This document shows, in pieces, positions 1 to 12,478 of a stretch of DNA of 58,902 nucleotides; within the stretch, counting starts at the first letter, position 1; each line of letters opens with the position of its first letter. The DNA comes from Psammoneis japonica (Eukaryota), in assembly GCA_008632985.1 (NCBI GenBank), contig QPGO01000059.1, forward strand, positions 372,001 to 430,902, in the 5' to 3' direction. The position numbers and the translations under genes were made by a program. The notes below the pieces were generated by a model. It did no database searches, was not told the DNA's origin, and worked only from the letters and a program-made list of their open reading frames with translations.

Positions 1-334
1 ATGAATAGGCACGGTGGCGTGTGCTTCGCCAAAGTGTCAACACTTGATTGAAAAAGATTTATCGCGGACATCTGCAGTATCAACTTGCACGTATAACTGC
101 AAAAGAGATAGTCAGAGTGTTGTCATATTGAATATCTAGTCGTCTTCTAATTTATATACATATTCTATCATTCTCAAGCAACAGGGATACGTCACTCTTC
201 TTCGAGACTGAAGAACCTCAGAATGAAACTTGCTACCGCACGTTCGAAGATATCCGAAGCTCGTTCGAAGATACAAAGGTCCAACAAAAACCCTTGAGCA
301 CGTAGTCTCCGCTGTGGAACCAATCAGGGAGATT

Positions 335-523
335 TCACTCTTCGTCATGGTAGACGAGAGAGCAAGTCGTGTGGTCGCAGGTTCCATGTCCTTGCACGTA
401 GGCGTTGATCTTGTCCACGTTCACACCGCATGCGTGGCAGGTCCACACTGGGGTGGCTAGGCTGATCCCGTCAGTGTTCTCCATTGTGGCTTCAGTGACT
501 TCGATTGGCTTGGTTGACACCAT
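335..523 (-). CDS. Possible small Cys/His-containing protein (MVSTKPIEV...CHAC...CDHTTC)
   Basis: Short ORF with a CxxC motif downstream of a TGACGT-rich promoter-like stretch; no family recognised. Confidence 0.25.
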   Translation of the reverse strand: MVSTKPIEVTEATMENTDGISLATPVWTCHACGVNVDKINAYVQGHGTCDHTTCSLVYHDEE

Positions 524-625
524 CTTCCTGTACGAATGATGCGTTTTGAGCTTTTCACGTCTCTTGAAAAAGTGAGGCGACATCAGCATCTGACCGCGAC
601 GACATGGCTGGAGGGTGTGTAATCG

Positions 626-665
626 TGACGTCGATGATGACGTCGATGATCAAACCTGACGTGGT
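626..665. promoter_or_regulatory. Cluster of three TGACGT (bZIP/aureochrome-type) motifs, two within a tandem 12-mer
   Basis: gtgacgtcgatgatgacgtcgatgatcaaacctgacgtgg; intergenic location. Function is inferred only. Confidence 0.3.
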
Positions 666-874
666 CTAGCCAATGAAAATGCAGTGAATTTCTCTCAGAA
701 CTGTTTTCGGTTGGGGGACCTCGAACCGGTAAGGTTAGTTCATCTTCTTTGCCAACAGGTCACTAGGAACTAGACCAAAACATGTTCCCTCAAACCCTTT
801 CCGTAAGTTCTCTATTGTAGCTAGAGAGTAGAGCAAGCTCTGAATCTGTCGGTTCTCATTGGCAATATGGTTCC

Positions 875-3800
875 CTAATCGAAATGTCTTGAACGCGTGT
901 ATTGCCACAAAGCTGCTCTCTCCGCGAATTTCCCTGACGACAACGCCAGCTGGTCCAAGCCCTCTTCAAGCAATGAAGTAGAACTGTGACGAAAACTGAT
1001 GTCAAGACGTTTCCCAATCATTAGACGGTTACCATTCTCATCTGTCAAATCACTAGTCACGAGTCGATGGTATGTGCGTGAAAGTGGGTAGAGGAGATCC
1101 GGGTTTGTGCTTGGAAGTGGGGCCACATCATGTCGAAAGCTATCCATGGTAGGGTACGACCCCCACTCCAACAGACGCGTTTTGTTTCGAAGCAAGTTCC
1201 ATGAATAATCCGAATCGGTGGAAACGAAGATATGAAAGTCGGTATCTTGTAGGTTTTGTTGTACAGAAGCTTGTTTGAGAAGCTGTAAGACGACCTTCAG
1301 AGCATCATGACAGGCATATAGTGAACAACGATTCCTCGACGGGCGCAAGTACGGGAAACCCACAAGAATTGTGCCATCCGTGAAGTTGGACCCTCCTTCT
1401 ATACCAGGCATGATTTGTCCAAAGCTAGATTCGGCGGCTAAGCGAAGTCGTGTTGAAAACTCTGCGCCTCCCTGGCAAACTTGAGGAAAGTAAATAGACA
1501 CTCCTCCCGTACGTCGAATTCCACGCACACGATCAATGTCGTCAGGTGGATAGGCACGTCCTGAAACAAAGATTTCGAGGCACTCAACAGACGACTCATT
1601 TTTTCTAAGATGCTTGACTTGATATGTCGACTGGTGAATCGCTGCAATAAGACCCGTACTGTTTGAATCTACTTGCTCTGGGCGCTGCAATACTTCGTTG
1701 GTATCTGATGCCATTGGATAAGTTTCGTCATGGGTCCAAGAATTTGCTAGGTCAGTTTGTTTCGGAGCATTTTGAGTCGCCCCATATATGAACTTCATTC
1801 CATCCAGAGCTCGCCCATTCCGGATTGCGGCATACAGAGTAGAAACGTTGACATCGTACTCCGCAGCTGCGGCCCGTACACTCGGGAATTCTTCCAGAAT
1901 GTTCCCAGAGTCTTCCGATACAAGCAGCACACTGCGTTTTCTTCTCGGGGAACTTCTTCGCAAGAGCGCGTCCGACAATGAGGTTCCAGGGTCGCCAATG
2001 TAAGTCCCCAATCGCATCTCAAGGACTTTGTTGGATGCGAGAAGCAAGGCAGGATTTTCAGTAACCACGGCTGATGCGGTTCGGGTGCGTGCCTGCAAAG
2101 CCATCGACTTGGCTTCGTAGTCCAGGGCAGCCTGAATCATTTTCAACTTGGGCAAGAAAGATTTCTCGACGCTTTGGATCAGTGTTCTGGGAGATTTCTT
2201 TACCAATTCACGCACCTGGCTTTTTGAGAGTAGCAGCTGTTCTGTAAAGAAACGGAGTTTAGGTTCGAGACCACGCTTCCAACTAGCGGTAAGGATTTGC
2301 GGGTATCGCACGACCATTTCGCCTAGATCTTTCTTATCCAAGCCAAAGCCTTCCATAATGGCTCGAACTTTCATTTTCAGGTTGTTGTGGAGTGAGAGAC
2401 CCATTATGGAAGGGGAAGTGACCACAATCTTAGAAACATGTTCGGAGGGAATTTTGAGTTCTTCCTTGAGAAACTTAAGTTTGGGACGAAGAGATTGGTC
2501 CACGCTGTATTGGAGGAGCGACGGCTGCTTCAGGACGGCTTTACGAAGATCTGGAGGACTCATTCCCACTGGTGGACAGCGACAATGACGTATAGGTGAG
2601 CAGTATTAGAAGCAGATAACTCGTACGTGAGAAAAGGCTGCCACTGAGAGCGACAAAGCCCCTTACCTTCGTCATAGAAGAAAGCCAACCGTAGCTCCAA
2701 TCCAGCATCTGCTCTATTGACAGACATACCAATGAGTGACGGCATTCTCAACAGCACCTTGCGCAGCTCAGAGGAAGAGAACCCAACTCTCGATTCTAAA
2801 GCATCTAGTGTTGATCTTATCTTTGATTCTGCCTTGTACGAGCTCAGACGTGTATGGGTCTGTGTAAGAGGACAAAGGAGAAGATCGATGTCAGTGCAAC
2901 ATAACATAGCCATGCACCGAATGCAATTTTTCCTACCTTTATCATTGAAAAGACTTCACTTGGCCGAATCTGGAGTCGTTTGCGTAGATACGTAAGGTCT
3001 GATTCTCGAAACGCGTCGCTCACTGGGCCATGATCGATTAGTTCCCAACTTGGCTCTGTGTCACAACAAACAAGGCTTGGAAACGCGTCCAGAACAATTG
3101 AAATCTGTTCCCAACTAACCCCAAGACTGTGGAGCAAAGCCATTGTCCATACATCCGATGCTGTAGCCCCCGTCAAATGCACGTCAAGCTCAGCTCGTGC
3201 TTCTTCAAACAGTTCAAAAGGCAACTCAACATTTTGATAGAAGAACAGAATGGACGGCTTCATCGCATCGTCGTGATGGATCGATAGAAGCTGTGGGATA
3301 ACTCGGATAGCATCCGTTGCTTGTTGGACTGTGAAGCCAGCACCATATCCCATACTTGATAGCCGAGGCCCTAAGACAAACGAGAAAAAACAAGCAAAAG
3401 GTAAGAATCAAAACGCAAAGGGAGGCTGCGCTTGGAATTGAGTCCGATCAACTTACAGTCAATGGTACAAAAATCAGTTTTCTTCTTCCTTGTCTTTTTC
3501 TGTTTGGTTCTTTCGTGTATTATTTCTTCAGGTGGTGGCTGTGGTGAAAGTAAGAATTGGACACGTTCTTCAACATCGTCATAATCGTAGAGACAAAGCT
3601 GGGGAAAGTTTGCAAGGACACGACGCGCTGCAGCATAATCCATGGTCAACCCTTGCGGTAATAGGGACGCTGATTTGTCCCCGCGTGTCAAGAGATCCAT
3701 GATGCGATCATAATTTCTCTTTACGGTTGCTTGTGTATGAACTAAAAACCGTCGCTTCCCAACGCGGTCGTCCAGCATGGCTGCAATCTGTTCTTGTCCA

Positions 3801-4576
3801 GCAACAGGAATGGCACTTCCCATTGTGATTTCTTGATTGCGGCGCCGGGATGAGGATGCCATCCGCTGTCCACCATTCGACCCTGCAAGGGATGATAAGA
3901 ATAAAAGCGTTTCGTACGCTGTTCTAGTGTGCTCGCTTGTTACCTCCTGGAGCGTGACATTTGATATTTTGTAGTTTCCGTTTGCCGTGTTTATTATTCC
4001 TCCTCGATAGGCTGTGCCCTCGAGTGGACCGCCACCAGACACAATGAATCGATGAATTTCTGCTTCGCCCACTTGAAAGCAAGCTTCAGGCAACTGGACC
4101 ATTTTTAAATTTGAAAATTCCGCCAAGGCGTCATCTAGAAACTGAAAGGATGCAACAACCTCATCGCAATCGTCATCAGGACTGCAAAACAAATTCGATG
4201 CTGTGCCATTCCAATAAAACGACAATCTTCCCCTTCGCGGACGATACACAACATGTCTTTGAAACAGATGTGAATATCTTAGGCATAGAGCCTCTTTCGA
4301 ATCATCCATGTTGCCTGCTGTTCCGTCCGTTTCTTGCTGAGATCGTTTCTTTTTCTTCGATCTATCCATTTCTGTTGTACGTTTTCTCTCTTTCTTTTTT
4401 GTTCGTGGCCTCGTTTGTTCGTCATGACTGCGTGTAGCAAAACAGGGTGGAAGTGCTGACTTTTTTGTTTTAACGATTGGCGCAAATGCACCAGTGTAAA
4501 ACGTCGGCGACAGACATGCGAGGTGAAGGGCAAGCACGCTCCAACAAAAGCCGAGACTTTGAAGCAACATTTTCAA
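875..4576 (-). CDS. Probably plastid-targeted mTERF-family protein with NUMOD1-like HTH and degenerate RNase H-like C-terminal domain; exons 4576-3457, 3370-2937, 2859-2667, 2568-875 (~1146 aa)
   Basis: Three GT-AG introns join four ORFs in frame (3441 nt). Signal peptide + GAFAP; many mTERF repeats (PSLLQYSVDQSLRPKLKFLKEEL, YPQILTASWKRGLEPKLRFF). Confidence 0.85.
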
Positions 4577-5033
4577 TGCGATGTTCAGCTCATGTAACTA
4601 CGTAAGAAGAAGGGCATTGAATGAGGAGAAGTTCAGTTCATATTCAGCTTCAACACTTCCTCTGTGGCCTCACATCGTCTCACAAAAAAGTCAAAAGCTA
4701 AAAACAAAAGATCGGCTTCATTACGTATTGACTTTAGGCGTATCAACTGTCTCAGGATTTTTGCTCGAGCGATAGATAGATAGATCGTCACAAAGATCCT
4801 TGGACCATAATGTCGATGCCTTGGCTACTATTTAACCTTTCGATTTTATCAGTATGCTACTCAAAACACACATCTCTCCGCCAGAGTTTGCTTGTGCTCC
4901 GCAGTGTGTTTTTCACGCGACGCAAGGGTGGTCCTGATCTCCATTCTATTTTGACGGAGCAGCTCAGCCGAGAGAGACTAAAGTCCAGAATCACTTGCAG
5001 GAATTTTCTTTGGACCAGAAGAGTGACATATAA

Positions 5034-6212
5034 TCATCTTTTGCCGACACATTTGTTTGCTTGATTACAACGAGCTGATTCGCACTCTTCATCAATGGTA
5101 CACTTGAATCCCAGGCTCCAGCCAGCAATTCCGATTGGAAACGTGCCGTTGGAATTGAGACGTGACAGTTGCTCAGCATAAACGCCAGCCCCATGAACAC
5201 CAATCAAGGTTAAACCGCCAGCCCATTTATCAGAAGGAACATAGTATGATTCGTCAGGGCGAAAGTAAACTACATTGTCCAGGTCTTCTCCGAGAACTAT
5301 GGCATGTCCCAGTTGACCCAAGTCTCCAGTTGGGTCGTACAGGAACGGAACAGGATCATATCTGATCTCTTCATTGCTATTCACAATGGTATTAATGAAT
5401 CGATACATGCGACTCTCATCGAGCGGATCGCACGTGCCCTTCATTGTTGGCGGCTGTCCAAAGGAAATCACGGCGGGCTTCAAATCGTTCATGTATACCG
5501 CAGCTATTTGGGCCACAGCCCCACCTTGGCTCGAACCTGTCATTATCACCTCACACGATTTGCACTTTGCAACGCAGTTTCGAATCTCGTCCTCCACTTC
5601 ATGTCGAAAGGAAGGATTGGCATACGCGTTGCGATAACCCTGACGGGCAGGACAGCAGTTTGTATGATTTGTTGCGGCACAAACATCCTCAGCGATTCCA
5701 GGGTCTAGGTTTTGTGCCCAATCCATTAATGAAGCTTTTGTCTCTCGAAAAGCGGCAAAGCACGTGTTGTTCCTTTGAATGACAAGTGCTGCATCGGGTT
5801 CGTCCACAAACAAAAGTGCGTCAGGGAACTTGGGCAGTACCTCGTTTCCTTTGACAGCGTAAGATAGTTCTGCAGCTAGCAAACTCATTGAAACAAACTT
5901 TCTATCCAATTCATCAATAGCTGGTGGGATACGAAACGGCGATGGTGGCTTAGTAGGAGGTGTGCTAGGCTGCGAAGTAGGAGCCAGTGTGTTGGATGTA
6001 GTCTTAGGAGTATTCTCGTCATTGACTAGGGGTTGCTTTGTCTTTCCGCCACCAACAGAAGAAATGACAACGATAGGGATGGTGACGGCAATCACGACGA
6101 CAAGAAGTACTAGCGCACCCAACAGCAGCCTTGTTCGCCGTCGATGGGTTTTCGGTCCCGCATTCTCGGTCGACGAGAATTCTTCTTTCGTATCGGATGA
6201 GTTTTCCGTCAT
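5034..6212 (-). CDS. Class 3 lipase / alpha-beta hydrolase with N-terminal membrane anchor
   Basis: TM segment, P/T-rich linker, AAFR lid region, GSSQGG nucleophile elbow, SFGQP, DPVP motif. Confidence 0.8.
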   Translation of the reverse strand: MTENSSDTKEEFSSTENAGPKTHRRRTRLLLGALVLLVVVIAVTIPIVVISSVGGGKTKQPLVNDENTPKTTSNTLAPTSQPSTPPTKPPSPFRIPPAIDELDRKFVSMSLLAAELSYAVKGNEVLPKFPDALLFVDEPDAALVIQRNNTCFAAFRETKASLMDWAQNLDPGIAEDVCAATNHTNCCPARQGYRNAYANPSFRHEVEDEIRNCVAKCKSCEVIMTGSSQGGAVAQIAAVYMNDLKPAVISFGQPPTMKGTCDPLDESRMYRFINTIVNSNEEIRYDPVPFLYDPTGDLGQLGHAIVLGEDLDNVVYFRPDESYYVPSDKWAGGLTLIGVHGAGVYAEQLSRLNSNGTFPIGIAGWSLGFKCTIDEECESARCNQANKCVGKR

Positions 6213-6837
6213 TTAATGCGATGTAGTGGCCGTGGATGTCAACGCCAATCTACCTAGAGCGTTCCGAAGCCTGAAACCAAGGCTCTTACAACTACAGCAA
6301 CGCCGTCTTCGTTTCCCTTGCATGTTCGATACATGAGGGATGAATGAGACGAGGTGTGGGGTGTCAGGCGTTGGGAATCCGTCGTGGTTTTGGCTTTTGC
6401 CTTTTGCGTAGCGGGAGGCGGGACTTGAGTGATCAAAAAGGTCGCGGACACGATTGCGCAGTCCCGTTTCTTGAGTCGTGCATGTGAAAAGCACTCTATT
6501 TTAGAGAAGCCATAGGGCCTACCGGTACACGGTAGAGGTGTTACTCGTAAAGGGTGATTGTAATACTCACTAGTATACTATCAGCGAAAGAACAATGTGC
6601 TTCGCTTCCCATTTAGACTCTAAAAGAATCGTGGAGTCAGTTGGCAAGGCCAATGAGCCAAAACATGCACCGTAACTCACATCGATTGGAAAGGAAACTA
6701 CGCGCGGTGATCTATCTGCCCTACAGTACTTTATGTACACAGCCCACAATTACCATAGACTTCTCTTGGCTTTCGAACCCCAGAGGCCAAAAAGCAAAAA
6801 AAATTCCCATACCCGACGAAGTGCCTAGTCGGTAGTA

Positions 6838-7638
6838 TCACCCTTCGTCCTGCAACTCTTTGTTCAAGCGTTCAATGCGATCCCTCATTTTTGCAAAATG
6901 AAACGTCCCCCGATTTCCATGAAACGGATCCTGAAACTTTTTCCCGTCCAAAAACAAGTGCTCTTCACAGTTCAGCATGAAGCACTCGGCAAACTCCTGA
7001 AAACTGGACGTTATGAGACTACCAAGCGCTTCTGGAAGCTTCCCACTCTGTGCTAATTCCACCATGTCTATCACAGCAATTCGCAAAGTTTCGTGACGAA
7101 TACAGTGGTTATAGTTCTTCGATTCACTCGAGTATTTTCCCTGATCCTCAAAGCCTGGCTCGTTGAGGTACGGCGATTCATTCATCAAAGATCTGATGCT
7201 CAGCAAGATACTCCCAATCGTGTGAACCGGTGACCAGCTCGGCCCATTCCATGTACCGAGTATACTTAGACAAACCTTGCCATTCTTGTACAAGTTTGGG
7301 TTGAACCTAACGACGCCGCCACCGGTCGTTTGCAGCGTCACACGAGGTGCGTGGTGAGGGTAGTCATTTGGAAACTCAAAACGAAATCGAAAGAATCCAA
7401 ACTCGTATGGAGTATCTTGCGGTCCAATGATGAGCCCATGACAAACGTTGACTTTTTCTTCGTCAGGAATGGCAAAGATACCGTCAACTGGATCTTTGTA
7501 TAGACGCTGAAGATCCGTCCGAATCCTCTTGATACACGCTTTAGACGGGTTCTGGAATCTCAGAACATCGTCGTCCTTTTTGCTTCCTTTCTCCGTGCCG
7601 CTGATCTTTGCGTCTTGATTCGGTGACTCCTCTGCCAT
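6838..7638 (-). CDS. UBE2Z: Ubiquitin-conjugating enzyme E2, UBE2Z-like
   Basis: GPQDTPYEFGFFRF, RFNPNLYKNGKVCLSILGTW active-site Cys, PYLNEPG, IRHETLRIAV; first ATG at 7638. Confidence 0.85.
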   Translation of the reverse strand: MAEESPNQDAKISGTEKGSKKDDDVLRFQNPSKACIKRIRTDLQRLYKDPVDGIFAIPDEEKVNVCHGLIIGPQDTPYEFGFFRFRFEFPNDYPHHAPRVTLQTTGGGVVRFNPNLYKNGKVCLSILGTWNGPSWSPVHTIGSILLSIRSLMNESPYLNEPGFEDQGKYSSESKNYNHCIRHETLRIAVIDMVELAQSGKLPEALGSLITSSFQEFAECFMLNCEEHLFLDGKKFQDPFHGNRGTFHFAKMRDRIERLNKELQDEG

Positions 7639-7955
7639 GATTAAAATATGTTTACGAGTGCTTATTTTCAACTGGATAAAAGGGAAGGACGCGGCGCTGA
7701 TTCGTTGTCGTTGTGCCGCTTGCTCATCGTTTAGGGCCCTATTCGCGGATCATTATCGCGTGCGAAAGGCGAAAGGGTGAGCATTTTATCCGGGTTCTGT
7801 TTGATCCTCGTCTCCCGCGCGGTTCCTCGTCCAAAGTTTCTAGCTAGCTACTGTAGCAGAGACTAAAGAATCTAGAACTTCAAAGAATCTACTATGAATT
7901 GCAAATGAACCGATTGCCCGTAACCGTATGTTGCCACACGCGCGCTGCTCGTAGT

Positions 7956-9736
7956 CTAAACGAGGTCAGCCAGAACAGCAAGAAAGACTAGCAAAGTTGT
8001 GATTCCTGGTACAAGCGGGACTGCACTGGAAGGTGGATCAGAGACTGTTGCTTGGACCGAGGGTGCCAATGTCGAGTCTATTACCGTGCTTGAAGTTGAA
8101 GGGGAAGATGTAGGCTCTGGTGTAACGACAAAAGTGGGTGCTGGTGAAGCCGTCGGTGCAAAAGTCTGGCCTTCAAAAGTCGGGCTTGGGGACGGCTCAA
8201 CGGTTGGGGAAGCAGATGGTGAAGAAGTAGGAGCGGATGATGGTGAAATTGTTGGTGAAGCAGTAGGGGCGGAAGTGGGTACTGGTGTAGCCGTCGGTTC
8301 ATAAGTCTGGCCTTCAAAGGTTGGGGTTGCGGACGGCGCAACGGTTGGTGAAGCAGATGGTGAAGGAGTAGGAGCGGATGTTGGCGAAATTGTTGGTGAA
8401 ACAGTAGGGGCGGAAGATGGCGAAACAGTTGGGTCAACTGTAGGGGCAAATGATGGCGAAACCGTTGCGGTAGCTGTAGGGGCAAAAGATGGCGAAATCG
8501 TTTGGGCCGCAGACGGTGAGAAACTTGGTACCGCAGTGTCGGGGATGTATGTTGGTCGTGTACTTGGTGCCACGGGTGGCGGTGTTATCAACACAAACGT
8601 AGGACTGAAGCTGTAATCGTTCGGGTCAAAAGATGGCTGGTTACTTGGTGCGGTAGGCAAAAATGTTTTCGTGTTTATAAACGATGGCGCCTGGCTTTTC
8701 AAGATGCGTACCGTGGTTGGCGTCGGTGCTGGTGAGGATACTGGTGATATTGCGGCAAGAGAACAATCCCATGTTGCGACTGGCCTCACTGTTTCGTTAC
8801 TGGGGTTCAAAAATACCTTCGACTGCGGCAGCGTATTGACCGTCAGCTCACGAATGGGTTCGTGTGGGTTTGTTTTCATATCGTCTGACTCGTATGTTGT
8901 CCCAGAATCAGTTCCAGCGTCATATGGAGATGTATCAATCACGAATCTCCGGTACCACAAGCCATTCTTATCAGAAGCGTTAAAATCATGGAATCCCGAG
9001 AACCAGTCAGGACTTGGCGCAATCATTGTGATTGCTGACATTAGTGTATGGTCTTTGTCCATTGAAATTCCAGATATTGTCTGTTGTTGGGTGGTTGAAT
9101 GGAACTGATTATCTCCGAATGACGTGCTGAGCACGTCAGAGCCGGCGGCATCTAACTCGTCAATAAGAGATCCAGCAGAACCTCGCTGTTGTTTTCATGA
9201 ACACGAACGCAATTGTAAAGGCATCAGATTGCGAGGCTTTTCAAGTTGAGAATTATTTAGATGGAAACGGCACGTACCTCAGCAACTCTCTGAACTCCGT
9301 TACTTGCTTGAGTGTTGGGTGACCACATTTGATATCCGTCGGAATGCGACACAATCACCATTCGACTCCAATGAGGGTTTCCTGGAAAGTCAGTAGGGTG
9401 GGTTTCGATCATCCATCTGTTGGTGAAGATGCAATCGTATTCGACGGGTTTGGATGTGGGAATTGTACTCGTGTCAATTGTCGTCGCCACAAGAGTTCTC
9501 TTGGAGATTTCAGCACTCGTCACACCCACTGAAGTACATGCATTATTATTTTCTCTCGAGCTTTTGCAAATTCCTTTTGAATTCACTGAGCATAGACCAC
9601 CTTGCGTGCAAGTTCCGAGTAATCCATTGCAGTTGTCATCCTCGCTTCCTTCACAAGCAACTGCGTGGCAGAAAAGAGGATTAACCACAAAAGCACTACT
9701 CACTACAGCCACAAAAAGCAGACTATGATTCGTCAT
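7956..9736 (-). CDS. Secreted/surface Spondin_N-domain protein with PT/PS-rich repeats and hydrophobic C-tail; exons 9736-9278, 9185-7956
   Basis: Signal peptide, HPTDFP..HWS, ASNGVQRVAE, MIAPSPDWFSG, YDAGTDSG; intron 9277-9186 keeps the frame. Confidence 0.85.
8110..8530 (-). repeat. Coding (S/T)PT/APT tandem repeats (mucin-like stalk)
   Basis: Repeated SPSxAPT/PTFEGQT units within the spondin gene. Confidence 0.8.
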
Positions 9737-10033
9737 TGTCGGTACATCGATCAATGCATGTTTTTGCATCTGCACGGCACAACATTGAAAAAAGTGGCAA
9801 TCGCAAAATTTATCTGTCTATCCAACCATTTATAACATTATAAATTCATGATATGCGCGGGCTATCGCCGAATAAAATATTTATGTGGATACGAATATGA
9901 ATAATATAATAGGAAGTTAAAGCACACTAGTCTGAAAGAGATACGCTGGCGAGTGCGTTTTTGCGTTTTTCCTCCGAGCGTTTTGGTTTTGTCAAAGTTG
10001 ACCATGATGCCGCCTGCGGAGAATTGAAAGAGT

Positions 10034-11065
10034 ATGAAGAGCCGCCCCTATCCACCATCTGAGAAGAGCAATGGAGATGCAGCCACCAAGTTGTCTTTGA
10101 TACGGTTCAATCCCATAACGCCAGTAAGAATAGCAATAGCAGCTGTTACTTTTGCAGCAACCTACCAATACTTCTTTCACGAAAATACAGGCGACTCGAA
10201 TGACACGAATCTTTGGAAGAAGCGACTGTTTGGAGAATTCCTAAAGTTGCATCCACTGCAAAAGGGGTTCTTGGCGATACTCATATGGGTATGTGTTGTT
10301 TTTCATCTAGTGGTTGCCCCGATTCCTCAAGACAATACCTATCACTTTTATGCGGATCGGCGAGGATTTCGCTGCGCCTGTGGAAGTGGGGGGTTCTGTT
10401 TTACCGCACAAGATGCACGAGGACGATTCGTTATCCCCAATTGTATGGATATCGTTTCAAGTCTTCCATTTTTGCTAGGTGGATTAACTGGTTTGTTGGT
10501 TTTGGAGTTCTCAGACGACCTTGCCGGAAACGTGTGGCAGCAAACAACTTGTTTGCCAATTCTGTTTGCAAGTACTTCTATGGTCTCTGTGGGATCGACG
10601 TACTACCACTGGCGTCCTAGCAGCAGTACGCTTGTGTGGGATCGCCTTCCAATGACGATTGCCTTCATGTCATGCTTTTGCCTAGTAATGGATGAACGCT
10701 TAGGCGAGAGCGAAAACACAAGTCTGGGGCAGCTCCTATTTTATCCTCTCCTTGTAATTGGAGTGTTATCCGTTGTGTACTGGCACATTACTGATGATCT
10801 TCGACCTTATGCTCTTGTGCAGTTTGTGCCGTTGATATGCCTACCGGTCATGTTGGTCTGCTTTGATGCTCGGTACACTCATCAGGAACATTGGATTGTA
10901 ACATTGCTGCTTTACGCGGTTGCAAAAGTTTTTGAAGAAAAGGACCACGAGATTTACAACTTGACACATGAGATGATCTCTGGTCATTCATTGAAGCATA
11001 TTGTAGCTGGTGTGATGCCCTTTGTTCTAGCACACATGGTTCATGTTCGACGAGAGTTGGTATGA
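10034..11065 (+). CDS. Alkaline ceramidase-like multi-pass membrane hydrolase (CREST superfamily)
   Basis: IPQDxxYHxYAD, GSTYYH, WDRLPMTIAF, DDLRPY, SGHSLKH motifs; multiple TM segments. Confidence 0.8.
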   Translation: MKSRPYPPSEKSNGDAATKLSLIRFNPITPVRIAIAAVTFAATYQYFFHENTGDSNDTNLWKKRLFGEFLKLHPLQKGFLAILIWVCVVFHLVVAPIPQDNTYHFYADRRGFRCACGSGGFCFTAQDARGRFVIPNCMDIVSSLPFLLGGLTGLLVLEFSDDLAGNVWQQTTCLPILFASTSMVSVGSTYYHWRPSSSTLVWDRLPMTIAFMSCFCLVMDERLGESENTSLGQLLFYPLLVIGVLSVVYWHITDDLRPYALVQFVPLICLPVMLVCFDARYTHQEHWIVTLLLYAVAKVFEEKDHEIYNLTHEMISGHSLKHIVAGVMPFVLAHMVHVRRELV

Positions 11066-11202
11066 GGTTGAATGTCATCACTCGAATTGCATGGAGAAGA
11101 GATTGATGTCGTTGGCAGCTTTTAATGCATTCCATCAGTAGAACTGACTCTCTCTATAAGTACTGCATACCGTGATACCTTGTGATTTGGCGTGGTTGGA
11201 AA

Positions 11203-12446
11203 TTATCGATCCCCTTGCTTGCGACAAACTGGACAACTGTCATTCATTCCTCGATAAATGGGTCGATTACTTGTGGTGACGTCTGTACCATATTGATTCC
11301 ACCAATCGAAAAAGCAACTGTAGCAGAAACAATGCGTGCACGCTCCGACTTTCAACGAGTCACCACCGCGTTTGCGACAAATGCCACATTTGCTGCTAGG
11401 TGATTTGGGCAAGACCAGAGCAACGGCTGTTTGCTCTTCCACTCGCTCTTCTCGTTCTCCCGAAGAGCAACCAAGAGCAACAGCCGTAAGATAGTTTCTT
11501 AACGCTCCCACCTCTCCCGCCCTCTGGCCCTGCCGTTCCAGCTGGGGTTTTAGGAATGAGGCTTGCGCATCCGCTAGTAAAGCCATTCCGGGTGGACGAT
11601 GTAGGTGGACGATGTAGGAATCGTCCTTTTTCTTTCTCTTCCACTTCATAGTGCCGGAACAATCGCATGTTTTCTTCCATGGAAGCCCACGTAATCATCA
11701 CGTTCATGCAGCACAGCTTGCGCAATGATTTTCTTGGCGGAAGCAATGTTGCCTTGGGCACGAAACGCCAGAGCGGCACACTTGTGCACGCCTGAGCAAT
11801 AGAGTTCCAATTGCATGCCCATTTCACCCGTGCAAATGGCAAATTCCCAGTTTCCCAATTCGTGCCAAAGCTTGGAGGAAAACATCCGAAGTTCAGTGCC
11901 GATTCAAGTCTCATGAAATTCTTTTGCCTGCAACTCTTCAATTTCGAAGACGAGTCGAACGGCTTGGCCGTAATCTTTCAATCCAAGAACGGCCGTTGCT
12001 CTTCGAGTCATCATTAACAACTTATCGTTTATCGTCAAAAAACTGTGGGCCTTTTTTTGCAAGCACCAATTGTAAAAGTCATGCACCTCTTGATGCTTGT
12101 TGGCCTCCATGTGAATGGATCCCTTCATGAGAAGCGCCGAGTGCAAGGTTGGGTCCAAGAGGAACTCCTCCACTGCAATGGATTGCAAGCTGTTCCCTTG
12201 CAGTGTCTTGTCCAGTTCACAGAGTGACATTTCCAACAACCATTTCTTGATGATCGGATTGGCTTGATGGTGCACCCTGGCCTTGCACACAGTGACCTGG
12301 TTCAAAGCAGTTTGACGGTGGACTGCCACAATGGATTGCAAGCTGTTCCCTTGCATTGTCTTGTCCAGTTCACAGAGTGACATTTCCAGCAAGAACCATT
12401 TCTTGAAGAGATCAGATCGGCTTGATGGTGCACCCTGGCCTTGCAC
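11203..12446 (-). pseudogene. Broken TPR-like + C-terminal RING-finger gene
   Basis: C3HC4 RING (CGIC...CTHCFCYSC...CPVC); helical repeats upstream; in-frame TGA at 11904, frame break near 11646, 13-bp tandem duplication at ~11592-11617; 5' part lies in a TA/CG-depleted domain. Confidence 0.6.
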
Positions 12447-12478
12447 ACAGTGACCTGGTTCAAAGCAGTTTGATGGTC
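12175..12478. repeat. Tandem duplication, ~150-bp unit
   Basis: caatggattgcaagctgttccc...ggttcaaagcagtttga present twice; several of the differences fall at CG sites. Confidence 0.9.

Noticed and set aside
7999..8485. G/E/V-rich and L/H/P-rich ORFs and a repeat array (CRISPR-like periodicity)
   Set aside because: These are alternative frames of the spondin PT-repeat stalk; there is no repeat-spacer structure or cas gene.
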